Source: a virus
Lineage: Duplodnaviria > Caudoviricetes
Direction: 5' to 3' (one strand)
Length of the DNA: 53,079 nt
IMG/VR virus record: IMGVR_UViG_3300027801_001299
Span: 1-53,079 of that record
Made by a program: the position numbers and the translations under genes. This document shows, piece by piece, positions 19,544 to 28,901 of this stretch. How positions within the stretch are numbered: position 1 is the stretch's first letter; each line of letters opens with the position of its first letter. The notes below the pieces were generated by a model. The model saw only the letters and a list, made by a program, of their open reading frames with translations. It was not told the DNA's origin and did not search any database.

Positions 19544-20818
19544 ATGGATATATTAGACCAAATACTTACCGCCCAAAAAGGTTCTCGTGATGAGAAAATC
19601 GAAACTTTTAGGTCGTTGTTTGCAGAAGATGATAAACAAGATGGAGACCCTTGTTGGAAAGGATATAAGCAAGTTGGAATGAAGAAAAAGAATGGTAAAG
19701 ACGTTCCTAATTGTGTTCCTGAAGAAACAACCAATCCTATTAAGGAAGACAATGTTGCAGTTAAATCTGCAAATGCAAAGGCAAAACAGATTGACGAGTT
19801 GGAAAAACTCAAAACCAAACATGAGACAGAGATTGAAGCACTTAAAGACCGTCATGAGAGAGAAAATGATAGACTCAAAGGTGCAAAAGAAAAAGAATCA
19901 GAAGATGATGCAATCGGTAAGAAAAGAGACGCACTTAGAAAAGCAAATGAAGAATTTGGTCAGACTTTACATTCATTAGAAGATTCATTAGAAGAAGGTA
20001 AGTTAGTATCAAACATCCAACACGTCATTGATACGGTTATGCAAAAGATTAGTAAGCAAGTTGGAAAAGAGATTGCAAAGAACCAAGAAAAAGGTCTTGG
20101 TATGTTAAATACTTTGGGGTCATTTGTTGGTGCAACTGTTAGTGATAAAAAACAAGACCAAGGAAAGTTGTTCCTTAAGTTTGGTGAAGAGGTAGAATTA
20201 GGAGAACGACATTCAGATGTAATGAGAAAAAGAAATCAGTCTCAACAAAAGGCACATCAAAAAGCAATGATGAAGTCTGCAAAAAAGTCTATCAAAGACT
20301 ATGATGCAAAGAATAAGAACAAGAACGAAGAGTCTGAATTAGATGAAGCAAAAGACATAGACATCTCAGTACCTATGAGAGGTTTTATGCAAGATACTAG
20401 AAAAGAACTCTTCGGTTGGGCAAAGAAAGCAGGTCTAAATCCTAAAAAAGTTGGAAGTGGTTCTAGTGAAAAGATGGAATTAAAAGGTACTGCTCAACAG
20501 ATGAAAAAATATATAGAAATGATACCTGTTAAAGATGTTAAAGAAGGTAGAAATTACAAATCAGAGTATGAGAACTACCATAAAGACCCTGAACAAATTA
20601 AAAGACGTGCAAAGAGAAATGAAGCACGAAGAATGTTGAAAAATAGAAAAGATATTAAAGGGAAGGATGTTCATCATAAAGATAACAATCCTATGAATAA
20701 CGATAAGTCTAACTTATCAATTGTGTCGCAAAAGTTCAATAGAACTGAACCGAGACTTAGAGTAAATGCAGAATGGGTAAAAGCAGCTGCCAAGAACAAA
20801 AACAAGGGGAAAAAATAA
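19544..20818 (+). CDS. Modular charged late protein with C-terminal HNH-like module
   Basis: PCWKGYKQVG...VPNCVPEE module, Glu linkers, DVHHKDNNPMNN. Confidence 0.7.
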   Translation: MDILDQILTAQKGSRDEKIETFRSLFAEDDKQDGDPCWKGYKQVGMKKKNGKDVPNCVPEETTNPIKEDNVAVKSANAKAKQIDELEKLKTKHETEIEALKDRHERENDRLKGAKEKESEDDAIGKKRDALRKANEEFGQTLHSLEDSLEEGKLVSNIQHVIDTVMQKISKQVGKEIAKNQEKGLGMLNTLGSFVGATVSDKKQDQGKLFLKFGEEVELGERHSDVMRKRNQSQQKAHQKAMMKSAKKSIKDYDAKNKNKNEESELDEAKDIDISVPMRGFMQDTRKELFGWAKKAGLNPKKVGSGSSEKMELKGTAQQMKKYIEMIPVKDVKEGRNYKSEYENYHKDPEQIKRRAKRNEARRMLKNRKDIKGKDVHHKDNNPMNNDKSNLSIVSQKFNRTEPRLRVNAEWVKAAAKNKNKGKK

Positions 20819-22536
20819 TGTCAGACGGTAACAAAAACAATAACGGAGTTCATGAAGTGGGAACAGAGGAAACTCGTCTTGCATACCAAAATGATACTCC
20901 TGGCCAACAGGTTGAAAGATATCTCAATACAATCAATCAAGTGATTGAAGAAAAGAAAGAGAAACAAAAGAAAGCTTTCACTAAGGTATTCGATACCCCC
21001 CTTAAAGGATTCCCTTATAATGAACAGAATGATGCTAAGTCTATTGCTAAAATGACTGGAACTCGTGAAAAAGCAGTTCAACAGTTCATAGACTCCAATG
21101 ACATTCAAGGAGAAAAACTTCTCCAAAAAATAAAGAAAGATAAAAAACTTGCTAAAGACTTTGCAATGGCTCTATCAGGAAAGCCAGGAAATAAAATGAT
21201 GAAACAGTTTACAGAAGAAACTGTATCAGAAGCAATGAAGATAAAAGATATCTTCAAGAAACATAAAAGAGAACTTACAAAAGCATACAAAACTGGTGAT
21301 TTATCATTCTCAGGGTCGGCAGGTAAGAAAGCAGAATATGACCTAACAACATGGGCGATGGACAACAATGAAATTAAGACTGATGACCCCGATGAGTTTT
21401 TTGATTGGTTATCTCGTGACCTTGAAGATATAGTCAAAGGTAAAATTAGAGAAGAAACTATTACAGAAGCACCTAAGTTAAAGAACTTGATACCTGAATT
21501 TGAAAAGATTGTAAAGACTAAAGGTGCAGCTAAAGTTCAAGGTACTATGGTAGATATGTTTACTGCAAGTGTTATTGTAAAAGCATATGAACAAGTCAAT
21601 GATAAGAACAAAAAGAGAATGGAGACATCAAATGTATTCACTCTTATTAAACTTGCACAAAAAGTTATGGGTATGAAAGAAGAAACTGTTTCTGAAAAAG
21701 TAATGGGCGAAGAAGTTGCAGAAGCATTTTCAAAGACTCCAAAAAGTGGTGCAGAAGTTGCTAAGATGATGATGAAGAGTAAGACACTGAAAGGTTTTGC
21801 TAACAAAGTTAAGAAAATGAAAACAGTTACCGCTGTTCAGTTAGATAAAATGTTGCCAGATTATGTCTCAGGTGGAGATATTGGGGCAATGTTTGAAGAA
21901 GTATTAGACGAAGGGAAAATGAGTGAACTATTCCTAGACATTCAACAAGGTGCTACAGCAAAAGACATCGCAAGAGACTATCCAGTTACACTTGCACAAG
22001 CAAAAGACTTCCTTAAAGATTACTACGGTCAGAAGAAAAAACCTATGAATATGGGTGAAGGAATGCAAAGTTCTAAACTTACTGGACAAGAGATATCAGT
22101 ATACTTCAAGAGAAATAAAGTTAGAGATGCAGAAACAAGAAAGGCAGTTGAATTCGCACTTGACCATGGTGGTGCATACTCTTATGCAATCAAAGGTATT
22201 GAGAAGATGAAGAAAGGTCTCTCAAAGAATAAAGATGTCGTAAAAGCACTCAACTTTGCAAACTTTGGTGAATCAGTTAAGGTTCCTTCAGTAGGATTCC
22301 AGTTTAAGGAAGACTCACCTGTTGCAGGTAATATGCAAGTCGAAGGAGACCCATATATACCTCAGAAGAAAGGAGTTAACAAGAACATTGCGAACTACTG
22401 GAATAAAGAGATTAAAGGGTTAAAAGACAAAGAACTAGAAGCAATCCAATCCATGTACATGATAACAGACCATAGTGGTGTTGTTCAAATGTACAAGGCA
22501 GGTAAAAGAGACTTTATTAAGTCTATAAAATCCTAA
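20818..22536 (+). CDS. Modular Lys/Glu-rich putative internal head polyprotein
   Basis: Repeated linkers EETVSE, EETITE, EEVAE, EEVLDE; start coupled at 20818. Confidence 0.7.
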   Translation: MSDGNKNNNGVHEVGTEETRLAYQNDTPGQQVERYLNTINQVIEEKKEKQKKAFTKVFDTPLKGFPYNEQNDAKSIAKMTGTREKAVQQFIDSNDIQGEKLLQKIKKDKKLAKDFAMALSGKPGNKMMKQFTEETVSEAMKIKDIFKKHKRELTKAYKTGDLSFSGSAGKKAEYDLTTWAMDNNEIKTDDPDEFFDWLSRDLEDIVKGKIREETITEAPKLKNLIPEFEKIVKTKGAAKVQGTMVDMFTASVIVKAYEQVNDKNKKRMETSNVFTLIKLAQKVMGMKEETVSEKVMGEEVAEAFSKTPKSGAEVAKMMMKSKTLKGFANKVKKMKTVTAVQLDKMLPDYVSGGDIGAMFEEVLDEGKMSELFLDIQQGATAKDIARDYPVTLAQAKDFLKDYYGQKKKPMNMGEGMQSSKLTGQEISVYFKRNKVRDAETRKAVEFALDHGGAYSYAIKGIEKMKKGLSKNKDVVKALNFANFGESVKVPSVGFQFKEDSPVAGNMQVEGDPYIPQKKGVNKNIANYWNKEIKGLKDKELEAIQSMYMITDHSGVVQMYKAGKRDFIKSIKS

Positions 22537-22544
22537 CTAAATAC

Positions 22545-22805
22545 TTGGAGAAGTACTTGAAGGATATCTTGACGGAACAACACGGAACGGGTGTTAAATA
22601 TCTAATTAGGACGTTTAATGATTCGGTTCCTTTAGAGATTGTGAATGGCATGAAGAAGACTATGCACATTCTAAGTGGTAATGGGTGGTGTATGAGAGAA
22701 CGAGGTTATATGCCAATTGAACTAAAACTGGGTAAAGAATATACAATGAAGGGAAACCTTGAAAAAGGGGAATCTGAGTTGGTAGTTAGAATTCAAATAA
22801 CATAA
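22545..22805 (+). CDS. Hypothetical protein (start uncertain)
   Basis: ORF fills the gap between late genes. Confidence 0.5.
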   Translation: MEKYLKDILTEQHGTGVKYLIRTFNDSVPLEIVNGMKKTMHILSGNGWCMRERGYMPIELKLGKEYTMKGNLEKGESELVVRIQIT

Positions 22806-22813
22806 ATAAAGAT

Positions 22814-23203
22814 ATGAGTCATAAAACAGAAAATTGGCAAGAAGCCTTACAAAGAGTTAGAGTTGGTCTCGCAGAGAACACTGAAACTCCTGTAACCGAA
22901 AAAACTAAAGACGAAATCATCAGTGAGGAAATTGATGCACTTATCGGGTTATTAGAAGACGATAAAAAGGATGCATTGAAAGATGTCCCTAGTGCTGGTG
23001 ATAAATTTGATGCAACTAAACTTAAAGACGCTGACGGTAAAAAGTTGTATGATACTGGTATCAAAGAAAATGCACTAGAAGGTATGTTAACTAAACTTAC
23101 CGAAAAAAATATGTTAGGTAGACTTGCAAAGTCAATGGAACTTAACGAAGAAAACAAACAAAAATTATTCGATTATTTCGAATCAGGAGAGTTAGAACAA
23201 TGA
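22814..23203 (+). CDS. Acidic late protein
   Basis: TAAATA-N5-ATG upstream. Confidence 0.7.
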   Translation: MSHKTENWQEALQRVRVGLAENTETPVTEKTKDEIISEEIDALIGLLEDDKKDALKDVPSAGDKFDATKLKDADGKKLYDTGIKENALEGMLTKLTEKNMLGRLAKSMELNEENKQKLFDYFESGELEQ

Positions 23204-23667
23204 GTTTTACAGGATTTCAATTAGGTTTAACAGATTCTTTAATCGAAGCATCTAAAAAAGTTGTAGAGTCATCAGCAGAATATAAGAAGTTCTTTGATGG
23301 TGCATTAAAGAAATTTGGTGTTACATCCCCAGCAGAATTATCAGATGAGAAAAAGAAAGCTTTCTTTGATTACATCGATAAGAACTGGAATGGTGAAGAT
23401 GAGTCAGGAAAAGACGGTGCAAAATCAGAAGGAACACTTCCACCTGCTCTTCAAAAACACTTAGACAAGAAAAACGGCAAAAAAGACGATTCTAAAGACG
23501 AAGACAAAGAAGATGTCAAAGAAGGCGAATTACCACCTGCATTGCAAAAAGCAATAGACAAGAAGAACGGTAAAAAAACTGATGACAAAGAAGAAGAGAA
23601 AGACGAAGAAGAAGTAGAAGAATCTCCAAAACCATCGAAAAAATTCCTAAAAGCACGGTATAGTTAA
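23200..23667 (+). CDS. Charged late protein with an internal tandem repeat
   Basis: YKKFFDGALKKFGVTSPAEL module; two copies of EGxLPPALQKxxDKKNGKK. Confidence 0.75.
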   Translation: MSFTGFQLGLTDSLIEASKKVVESSAEYKKFFDGALKKFGVTSPAELSDEKKKAFFDYIDKNWNGEDESGKDGAKSEGTLPPALQKHLDKKNGKKDDSKDEDKEDVKEGELPPALQKAIDKKNGKKTDDKEEEKDEEEVEESPKPSKKFLKARYS

Positions 23668-23671
23668 TACC

Positions 23672-24061
23672 ATGAGTTTAGTTAGAGTCATCAAAGAACA
23701 TAATATCCTTGCAGAAGCAAGTAGAGATTATTACAAACAGGTAGATGCTCTTATTGGTAAACACGGGAATGAAACAGCATTCAGGTACAAGTCACCTATG
23801 CACAATAAAATGATTACAGATATCAAAAAATTGATGAAATCTGAAAAAGAGTTTCCTGAGTCACAAAAAGTTTCTACTAACATCATGAAGAACATGAATG
23901 CAGGTTTTGAGATGATGGGTTACGAAGAAACCATAGTTATGACTGAAAAACAACACAAATCACTGGACAAAGATTGGACAGGTGATACTGCATTTAGAGA
24001 AGACCTTGCAAGAATATTAATGCAAGACGCTATTATGTCACACGCAATATTTGGAGAGTAA
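23672..24061 (+). CDS. Hypothetical late protein
   Basis: Compact ORF in the operon. Confidence 0.65.
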   Translation: MSLVRVIKEHNILAEASRDYYKQVDALIGKHGNETAFRYKSPMHNKMITDIKKLMKSEKEFPESQKVSTNIMKNMNAGFEMMGYEETIVMTEKQHKSLDKDWTGDTAFREDLARILMQDAIMSHAIFGE

Positions 24062-24062
24062 C

Positions 24063-24371
24063 ATGAACTTATACGAAGCTTACAGAGATATGAAGCTTTC
24101 TGAAGAGATTGTAGATATTACTGTAGATAAGAACAATAAAATCGCATCGTCTTCAAAACAGAATTCGATGGCATTGTTGGTTCATAATGCAGGAAAGAGA
24201 ATGGGTCTTAAATCTTCAATGGTGGGTAAACACATTAGAGTTAAAGGTTCAAAGAAGATGATACAAGACTTCATGATGGTAGTCATAGGTAAATCATCTT
24301 ACGGTGACCCAACAGAACAAGACACATCAACACCTCAGATAGATAAGATGTTGTCAAAAGGATTAAGATAA
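24063..24371 (+). CDS. Hypothetical late protein
   Basis: GGAG SD then MNLYEAYRDMKLSEE. Confidence 0.65.
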   Translation: MNLYEAYRDMKLSEEIVDITVDKNNKIASSSKQNSMALLVHNAGKRMGLKSSMVGKHIRVKGSKKMIQDFMMVVIGKSSYGDPTEQDTSTPQIDKMLSKGLR

Positions 24372-24372
24372 C

Positions 24373-24930
24373 GTGGAAAGAGTAGACGCTAGATTTAAAA
24401 CTTTTAAAGAGAAAATTAAAAAACTCGGTTATATGAAAGGTGAGGCGAAGAAAGTCGCACAAGTCATGGAAAAGGTTGCAGACTTCGGAATGATGTCTGA
24501 TGCAGGGAACCAAAAGGTTGCTCGTGCAGTATCTAAAGCAAAAAACGAGAAAGATTTGAGAGATGCGTTAAAGAAAATTGCTACGATGGCAAAAGGAAAG
24601 TACGCAGAAGCTGGTGAAGACGATGTAATCCAAAGAGCAATTTGGGCAATGGGTTCTTCAGCACAAGGTATGCAACTGAGACCTGATGCACAAGTACTAA
24701 TGCAATTCAAGAAATTGATTGACACTGGTAGAGACCAAGACATCAGAACAGATGATATGAAGACTATGAAGGTAAAGGCGAAGGATGCAGAAAAGGTTTA
24801 TGACGTTTTAATGCAACTTAAGACACCCGACAGGTCTAAATACCTTATATTATTACAGAAAGACATAAAGTCTTTCAAAACCAATTTTAATGGCATACTT
24901 AAGTTTGCCAATAAACAACTTAAAAAATAG
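24373..24930 (+). CDS. Basic hypothetical late protein
   Basis: GTG start; VDARFKTFKEKIKKLGY. Confidence 0.65.
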   Translation: MERVDARFKTFKEKIKKLGYMKGEAKKVAQVMEKVADFGMMSDAGNQKVARAVSKAKNEKDLRDALKKIATMAKGKYAEAGEDDVIQRAIWAMGSSAQGMQLRPDAQVLMQFKKLIDTGRDQDIRTDDMKTMKVKAKDAEKVYDVLMQLKTPDRSKYLILLQKDIKSFKTNFNGILKFANKQLKK

Positions 24931-24941
24931 GGGATAGAAAA

Positions 24942-25490
24942 ATGGCATTATGGGGACATAAATCGGGAACAGAGAGTAAACCTAACTGGTTATCTACTGC
25001 CGAAAAAGAAAAAACACAAGCAACTGCATCAGGTTGGGAACTTTCAACAGTTGTTGGTTCTAGAACTCGTAAAGAAGTTTTAGTATCAATCAATGGTTTG
25101 AATACTCTACTTGCAAATGCTAACATCACATCATTCTTATGGACTACTACTACAGTAGATAAATCTGAAGGATTTACACTTGGTTTAACTGCAACATTTA
25201 ATGAAGCAGTAGACGTAACAGGTTCACCTACATTTACAGTAGTTAATGACCAACGTGCAGACCATGTATTAACATACTTATCAGGTTCAGGTTCAAATGA
25301 GATTAAATTCGCACTTGCAATCGCAGCTGCTAACGCCGCTACTAACGCTGGTGACGTACTTTCAGTCGGTGCAAATCCAATCGCATTGAATAGTGGAACA
25401 ATTAAAGATGCAGGGACTTCAGTAGTATCAACTATTACTTCAGTCGCTTCAATCGGAGTCACTGCTGGAACTAAAACAGTAGTTGCATAA
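24942..25490 (+). CDS. Putative virion structural protein (Ig-like, Thr/Ala/Gly-rich)
   Basis: MALWG start; TFNEAVDVTGSP, YLSGSGS. Confidence 0.65.
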   Translation: MALWGHKSGTESKPNWLSTAEKEKTQATASGWELSTVVGSRTRKEVLVSINGLNTLLANANITSFLWTTTTVDKSEGFTLGLTATFNEAVDVTGSPTFTVVNDQRADHVLTYLSGSGSNEIKFALAIAAANAATNAGDVLSVGANPIALNSGTIKDAGTSVVSTITSVASIGVTAGTKTVVA

Positions 25491-25501
25491 GGTAGGTTAA
25501 T

Positions 25502-25765
25502 ATGAAAGTAAATGTACTAGGAACAGAAGCCGCTTGTGGAACAAGTTCAACGAACGGTTCAAACTTCGGTAGTGGAACTTGTGTTAGACTTCACAATAGT
25601 GGGTCTACTGCAAGATTAGTATCTGTAGAAACTTCTGCAGCTGCACTAATCGGAACATTTACACTAGGTGTAGGAAGTACAGTTAACTGTTCAAAGAACC
25701 CTACAGACGAAGTATTTGCAGCTCATGCTGAAGTGCTTGGAGTCTCAGTAGGAATAATAGGATAA
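25502..25765 (+). CDS. Small putative structural protein
   Basis: Gly/Ser/Thr-rich beta composition. Confidence 0.6.
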   Translation: MKVNVLGTEAACGTSSTNGSNFGSGTCVRLHNSGSTARLVSVETSAAALIGTFTLGVGSTVNCSKNPTDEVFAAHAEVLGVSVGIIG

Positions 25766-25769
25766 TAAT

Positions 25770-26168
25770 ATGAAAAAATTTGCAGAATTTATAAACGAAG
25801 GAACTTCACACGATAGTGCAGGATTGTCATCTACTCATGTCCCCCATGATATCAATGACCCTGAAGTTAAAGCAAGGATTAATGCTATCCTTGGTCATTG
25901 TGCAGTAAGTGAATTCTTAAACCCAAGTGCCGCTATTGGAATAATCAATTCTAAACTAGGTCAACTTGGTATCGCACTTGACAGTGATGCTCCTGAGATA
26001 TCTGAAGGTGGTAACTACACTATTTCAATGAAGAGATACGGAGACCAGTTTGGTAAAACCGTAGACACTCCTCATGACGAATTTGATACTAAAACTGAAA
26101 CAGTTACATTAACACTTAAGGTCGAAAAACTCGCAACAGGTTCATTCAAAGTATACGGTTCAATTTAA
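25770..26168 (+). CDS. Conserved late protein with capsid-targeting-like N-terminus
   Basis: MKKFAEFINE. Confidence 0.65.
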   Translation: MKKFAEFINEGTSHDSAGLSSTHVPHDINDPEVKARINAILGHCAVSEFLNPSAAIGIINSKLGQLGIALDSDAPEISEGGNYTISMKRYGDQFGKTVDTPHDEFDTKTETVTLTLKVEKLATGSFKVYGSI

Positions 26169-26214
26169 TCTCCTAAATACTTTTAGGATTTTAAACATAT
26201 ATTATGGATAACAC

Positions 26215-26586
26215 ATGGGTCTATTTGACAAACTTACTGTAAAAAACTTTAGTGCATTCGCACTGCAAAACTACGATGACCCTCAATGTGCAGACATTGA
26301 GGAATTTCAAGAGGACTTGAGAAGGTTTAGATACCTCAAGAGACTTCTACATCGATATCATGAAGCAGGTGAACTTAGAGAACGTCTAATGTTAAATCAT
26401 CTCATTACCATATTCAATGTATTTGGATATGATTCATCAATGAGAATGTTAGAATTTAAAATCCAAGAACCAAACTACTGGTCATCCATCAAAACAATGT
26501 TATTATACCTAGGTTATATCGAGGATTCGTGGGAAACAGACATCCCAATTAACGATGAACTCGCACAAAAACTGAGGGATTTATAA
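26215..26586 (+). CDS. Conserved T4-like hypothetical protein
   Basis: YDDPQC, LRERLMLNHLITIFNVFG. Confidence 0.75.
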   Translation: MGLFDKLTVKNFSAFALQNYDDPQCADIEEFQEDLRRFRYLKRLLHRYHEAGELRERLMLNHLITIFNVFGYDSSMRMLEFKIQEPNYWSSIKTMLLYLGYIEDSWETDIPINDELAQKLRDL

Positions 26587-26662
26587 GCTCCCATAGCTCA
26601 GCTGGTAGAGCAACTGATTTGTAATCAGTAGGTCAACCGTTCGAATCGGTTTGGGAGCTCCA
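26587..26662 (+). tRNA. tRNA-Thr(TGT)
   Basis: GCTCCCA...TGGGAGCTCCA with anticodon loop TTTGTAA. Confidence 0.95.
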
Positions 26663-26694
26663 TATTAGGGGGTTTAAAAGACCTAAATAGATAT

Positions 26695-27255
26695 ATGCGT
26701 ATAGTAGACACATTAATAGTATTCCGAATTCTGAAGATGTTAACAACACCTTGGAAGAAGTTTGAAGCTCATAAGTTGGGATTAATCGATGATAAAGGAA
26801 CTCGACTAAAAGACAAGAAAGTAGAAACCTCAGCTGAAAAAGAATCATACTCATTACTTCATAGGTTAGTATTCAATCTAAAAAGAATTCTGAACAAAGT
26901 CCCATTTGGTAAAACTGCATTTGCATCTTATGCTGTTGCATTACTTTTACTGAAGGAAGAAACTAAACTTAACGGAGAACAGATGGACGAACTTTGCGAG
27001 AAGTTCTACAGACTCCTAAAGACCGAAGGTGTCTTACAATCAGAGATGATTACAGAGACCACTCAGGTTCCCGAACTCATGGTCGGATGTAAATACCGTC
27101 TAAAGAGACAATTACATGAACAGAACAATACAACCTATCTCGCAAAAACGGAAGTAGATGTTATTTCAGAACATAGTTTGGTGTTCGGATTAAAAGTTTA
27201 TGTTGCATATATTAACAACGATAGAATACTGGTAACTGGCGATGACTTATATTAA
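26695..27255 (+). CDS. Conserved T4-like hypothetical protein
   Basis: FRILKMLTTPW, GLIDDKG, HRLVFNLKR. Confidence 0.75.
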   Translation: MRIVDTLIVFRILKMLTTPWKKFEAHKLGLIDDKGTRLKDKKVETSAEKESYSLLHRLVFNLKRILNKVPFGKTAFASYAVALLLLKEETKLNGEQMDELCEKFYRLLKTEGVLQSEMITETTQVPELMVGCKYRLKRQLHEQNNTTYLAKTEVDVISEHSLVFGLKVYVAYINNDRILVTGDDLY

Positions 27256-27397
27256 AAAACAACAGTTAAAGGTATGGGAAGATGCAGCCATGAATTCGAC
27301 TGGTGTTGGAATGTCCTTACCAGTAGATGCAGTAAAGAAAAAAAAGAAGAAGAGAATGCCAGATGAGGTATTCAAGGTATTAAAGCGAAAACTTTAA
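27242..27397 (+). CDS. Small basic protein (51 aa)
   Basis: Own translation MTYIKKQQLKVWEDAAMNSTG...KKKKKKR. Confidence 0.55.
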   Translation: MTYIKKQQLKVWEDAAMNSTGVGMSLPVDAVKKKKKKRMPDEVFKVLKRKL

Positions 27398-27407
27398 CGG
27401 TTACATT

Positions 27408-28592
27408 ATGAAATATTTGAATTGGTTAGCATTGATAACCTCAGTCGCAATTGCAGGAATAGCTGCATACTTTTCCGTATTAGGACTTGCAACAATATTT
27501 GCAGGTGCATTCATGGGAATTGTTATCATGGCAGGTGCATTAGAATTTGGTAAAATTGTTAGTGCCGCCTACTTACATCTCTTTTGGGATAGACTCAATT
27601 ATCAAAAATGGATAATGGCATTCATGGTCTTTGTCCTAATGTTAATCACATCACTAGGTATATTCGGATACCTATCAAAAGCACATTCAGAACAAACAGG
27701 TGATACTGCACAAGCACAATCAATTGTTACCCGAATTGAGAATCAAATTCTCCGAGAAGAAAATAAAATCAAAACCTACGAAGGCCGTATAAAAACACTA
27801 GGTGTATCAAACATCGATGTAAGTGAGTCTATATCCCAACAGGAAACCATACGAGATGGTGCATGGGATAGAGTCAAGGGAGATATCAACTATGCACAAG
27901 GTCAGATAGAATCATTAAGAGTCGAATTAAGTACACTTAATGAAACATTGTCAACTTTAAGAAACAAAGGAGTGGCAACTATAACAGTTCAAGAGGGTGG
28001 AATATTCTCTCAAGATGATGTAGAGGTCATTGATTACGTTGCACAAGCGAATGAACTATTCATCCAACAGGGTGACTATAGAACTCAAATAAGTGATGAC
28101 ATTGCAGAACAACAGGGTAATATAGATAGGTACAGAACACAAGCACAAGACACTATAAACGATGCTAACAAAGAAATAAAGAGATTACAACAATCATCCA
28201 CTGGAGATGTAGATGAGATGATTGCAAAAACAGAAGAATTCAACTTGTTGATTGATGGGTCTTATGATATAATAGATGGGTATAAGGATGATATGTTCAA
28301 TTCAAAACAAATTATCCTTACACTAGAACGAGAAGTTGGCCCGATTAAGTATATTGCAGAGGTAATGTACGGTCAAGAAGAGTCTGTCAAGTACCTTGAC
28401 AACGCAGTTAGATGGGTCATTTATATGCTTATCTTTGTGTTCGACCCACTTGCAGTGTTACTATTGATTAGTAGTGTAGGACAAGTCGCAAGAGAGAAGG
28501 AGATAATTGAAGAGAAAAAACCACCAGTTATCGAACAAAGATATGTGTTACAAGTACCAAAAAATCGTATTAAGAACATGGAAAAAGACTAA
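27408..28592 (+). CDS. Membrane-anchored coiled-coil protein
   Basis: Three N-terminal TMs, TSLGIFGYLSKAH, long coiled coil, EVGPIKYIAE, FVFDPLAV. Confidence 0.8.
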   Translation: MKYLNWLALITSVAIAGIAAYFSVLGLATIFAGAFMGIVIMAGALEFGKIVSAAYLHLFWDRLNYQKWIMAFMVFVLMLITSLGIFGYLSKAHSEQTGDTAQAQSIVTRIENQILREENKIKTYEGRIKTLGVSNIDVSESISQQETIRDGAWDRVKGDINYAQGQIESLRVELSTLNETLSTLRNKGVATITVQEGGIFSQDDVEVIDYVAQANELFIQQGDYRTQISDDIAEQQGNIDRYRTQAQDTINDANKEIKRLQQSSTGDVDEMIAKTEEFNLLIDGSYDIIDGYKDDMFNSKQIILTLEREVGPIKYIAEVMYGQEESVKYLDNAVRWVIYMLIFVFDPLAVLLLISSVGQVAREKEIIEEKKPPVIEQRYVLQVPKNRIKNMEKD

Positions 28593-28629
28593 ATAAACAT
28601 AAGAATAAAACCAATCATAGGAGAAACTG

Positions 28630-28842
28630 ATGGCATTCGTAGAAAAAACAATAGCTGAAATGGAAGCAATGAGTCGTGTAGAGAAGAAAGCATATTTCGA
28701 AGGTGACGGAAAACCACCTAAACCTACAGGATACGATGCAATGGCAGCAGACGACAGTAACAAACTTGCATACGATGAAAGTATTGCACAAAACTTACGT
28801 CAAATCGCTGGTATTGATGACGCTATAGCTAACGCAGAGTAG
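28630..28842 (+). CDS. Small acidic late protein
   Basis: TAAATA and AGGAG upstream. Confidence 0.65.
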   Translation: MAFVEKTIAEMEAMSRVEKKAYFEGDGKPPKPTGYDAMAADDSNKLAYDESIAQNLRQIAGIDDAIANAE

Positions 28843-28866
28843 TATTAAAAACTAACCCAAACCCCC

Positions 28867-28895
28867 TTGTATAAAAGCATCACCTATAGTATAAT
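28867..28895 (+). promoter_or_regulatory. Sigma70-like promoter for primase (probably leaderless)
   Basis: TTGTAT-17-TATAAT-N6-ATG. Confidence 0.6.
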
Positions 28896-28901
28896 AGGTG
28901 T

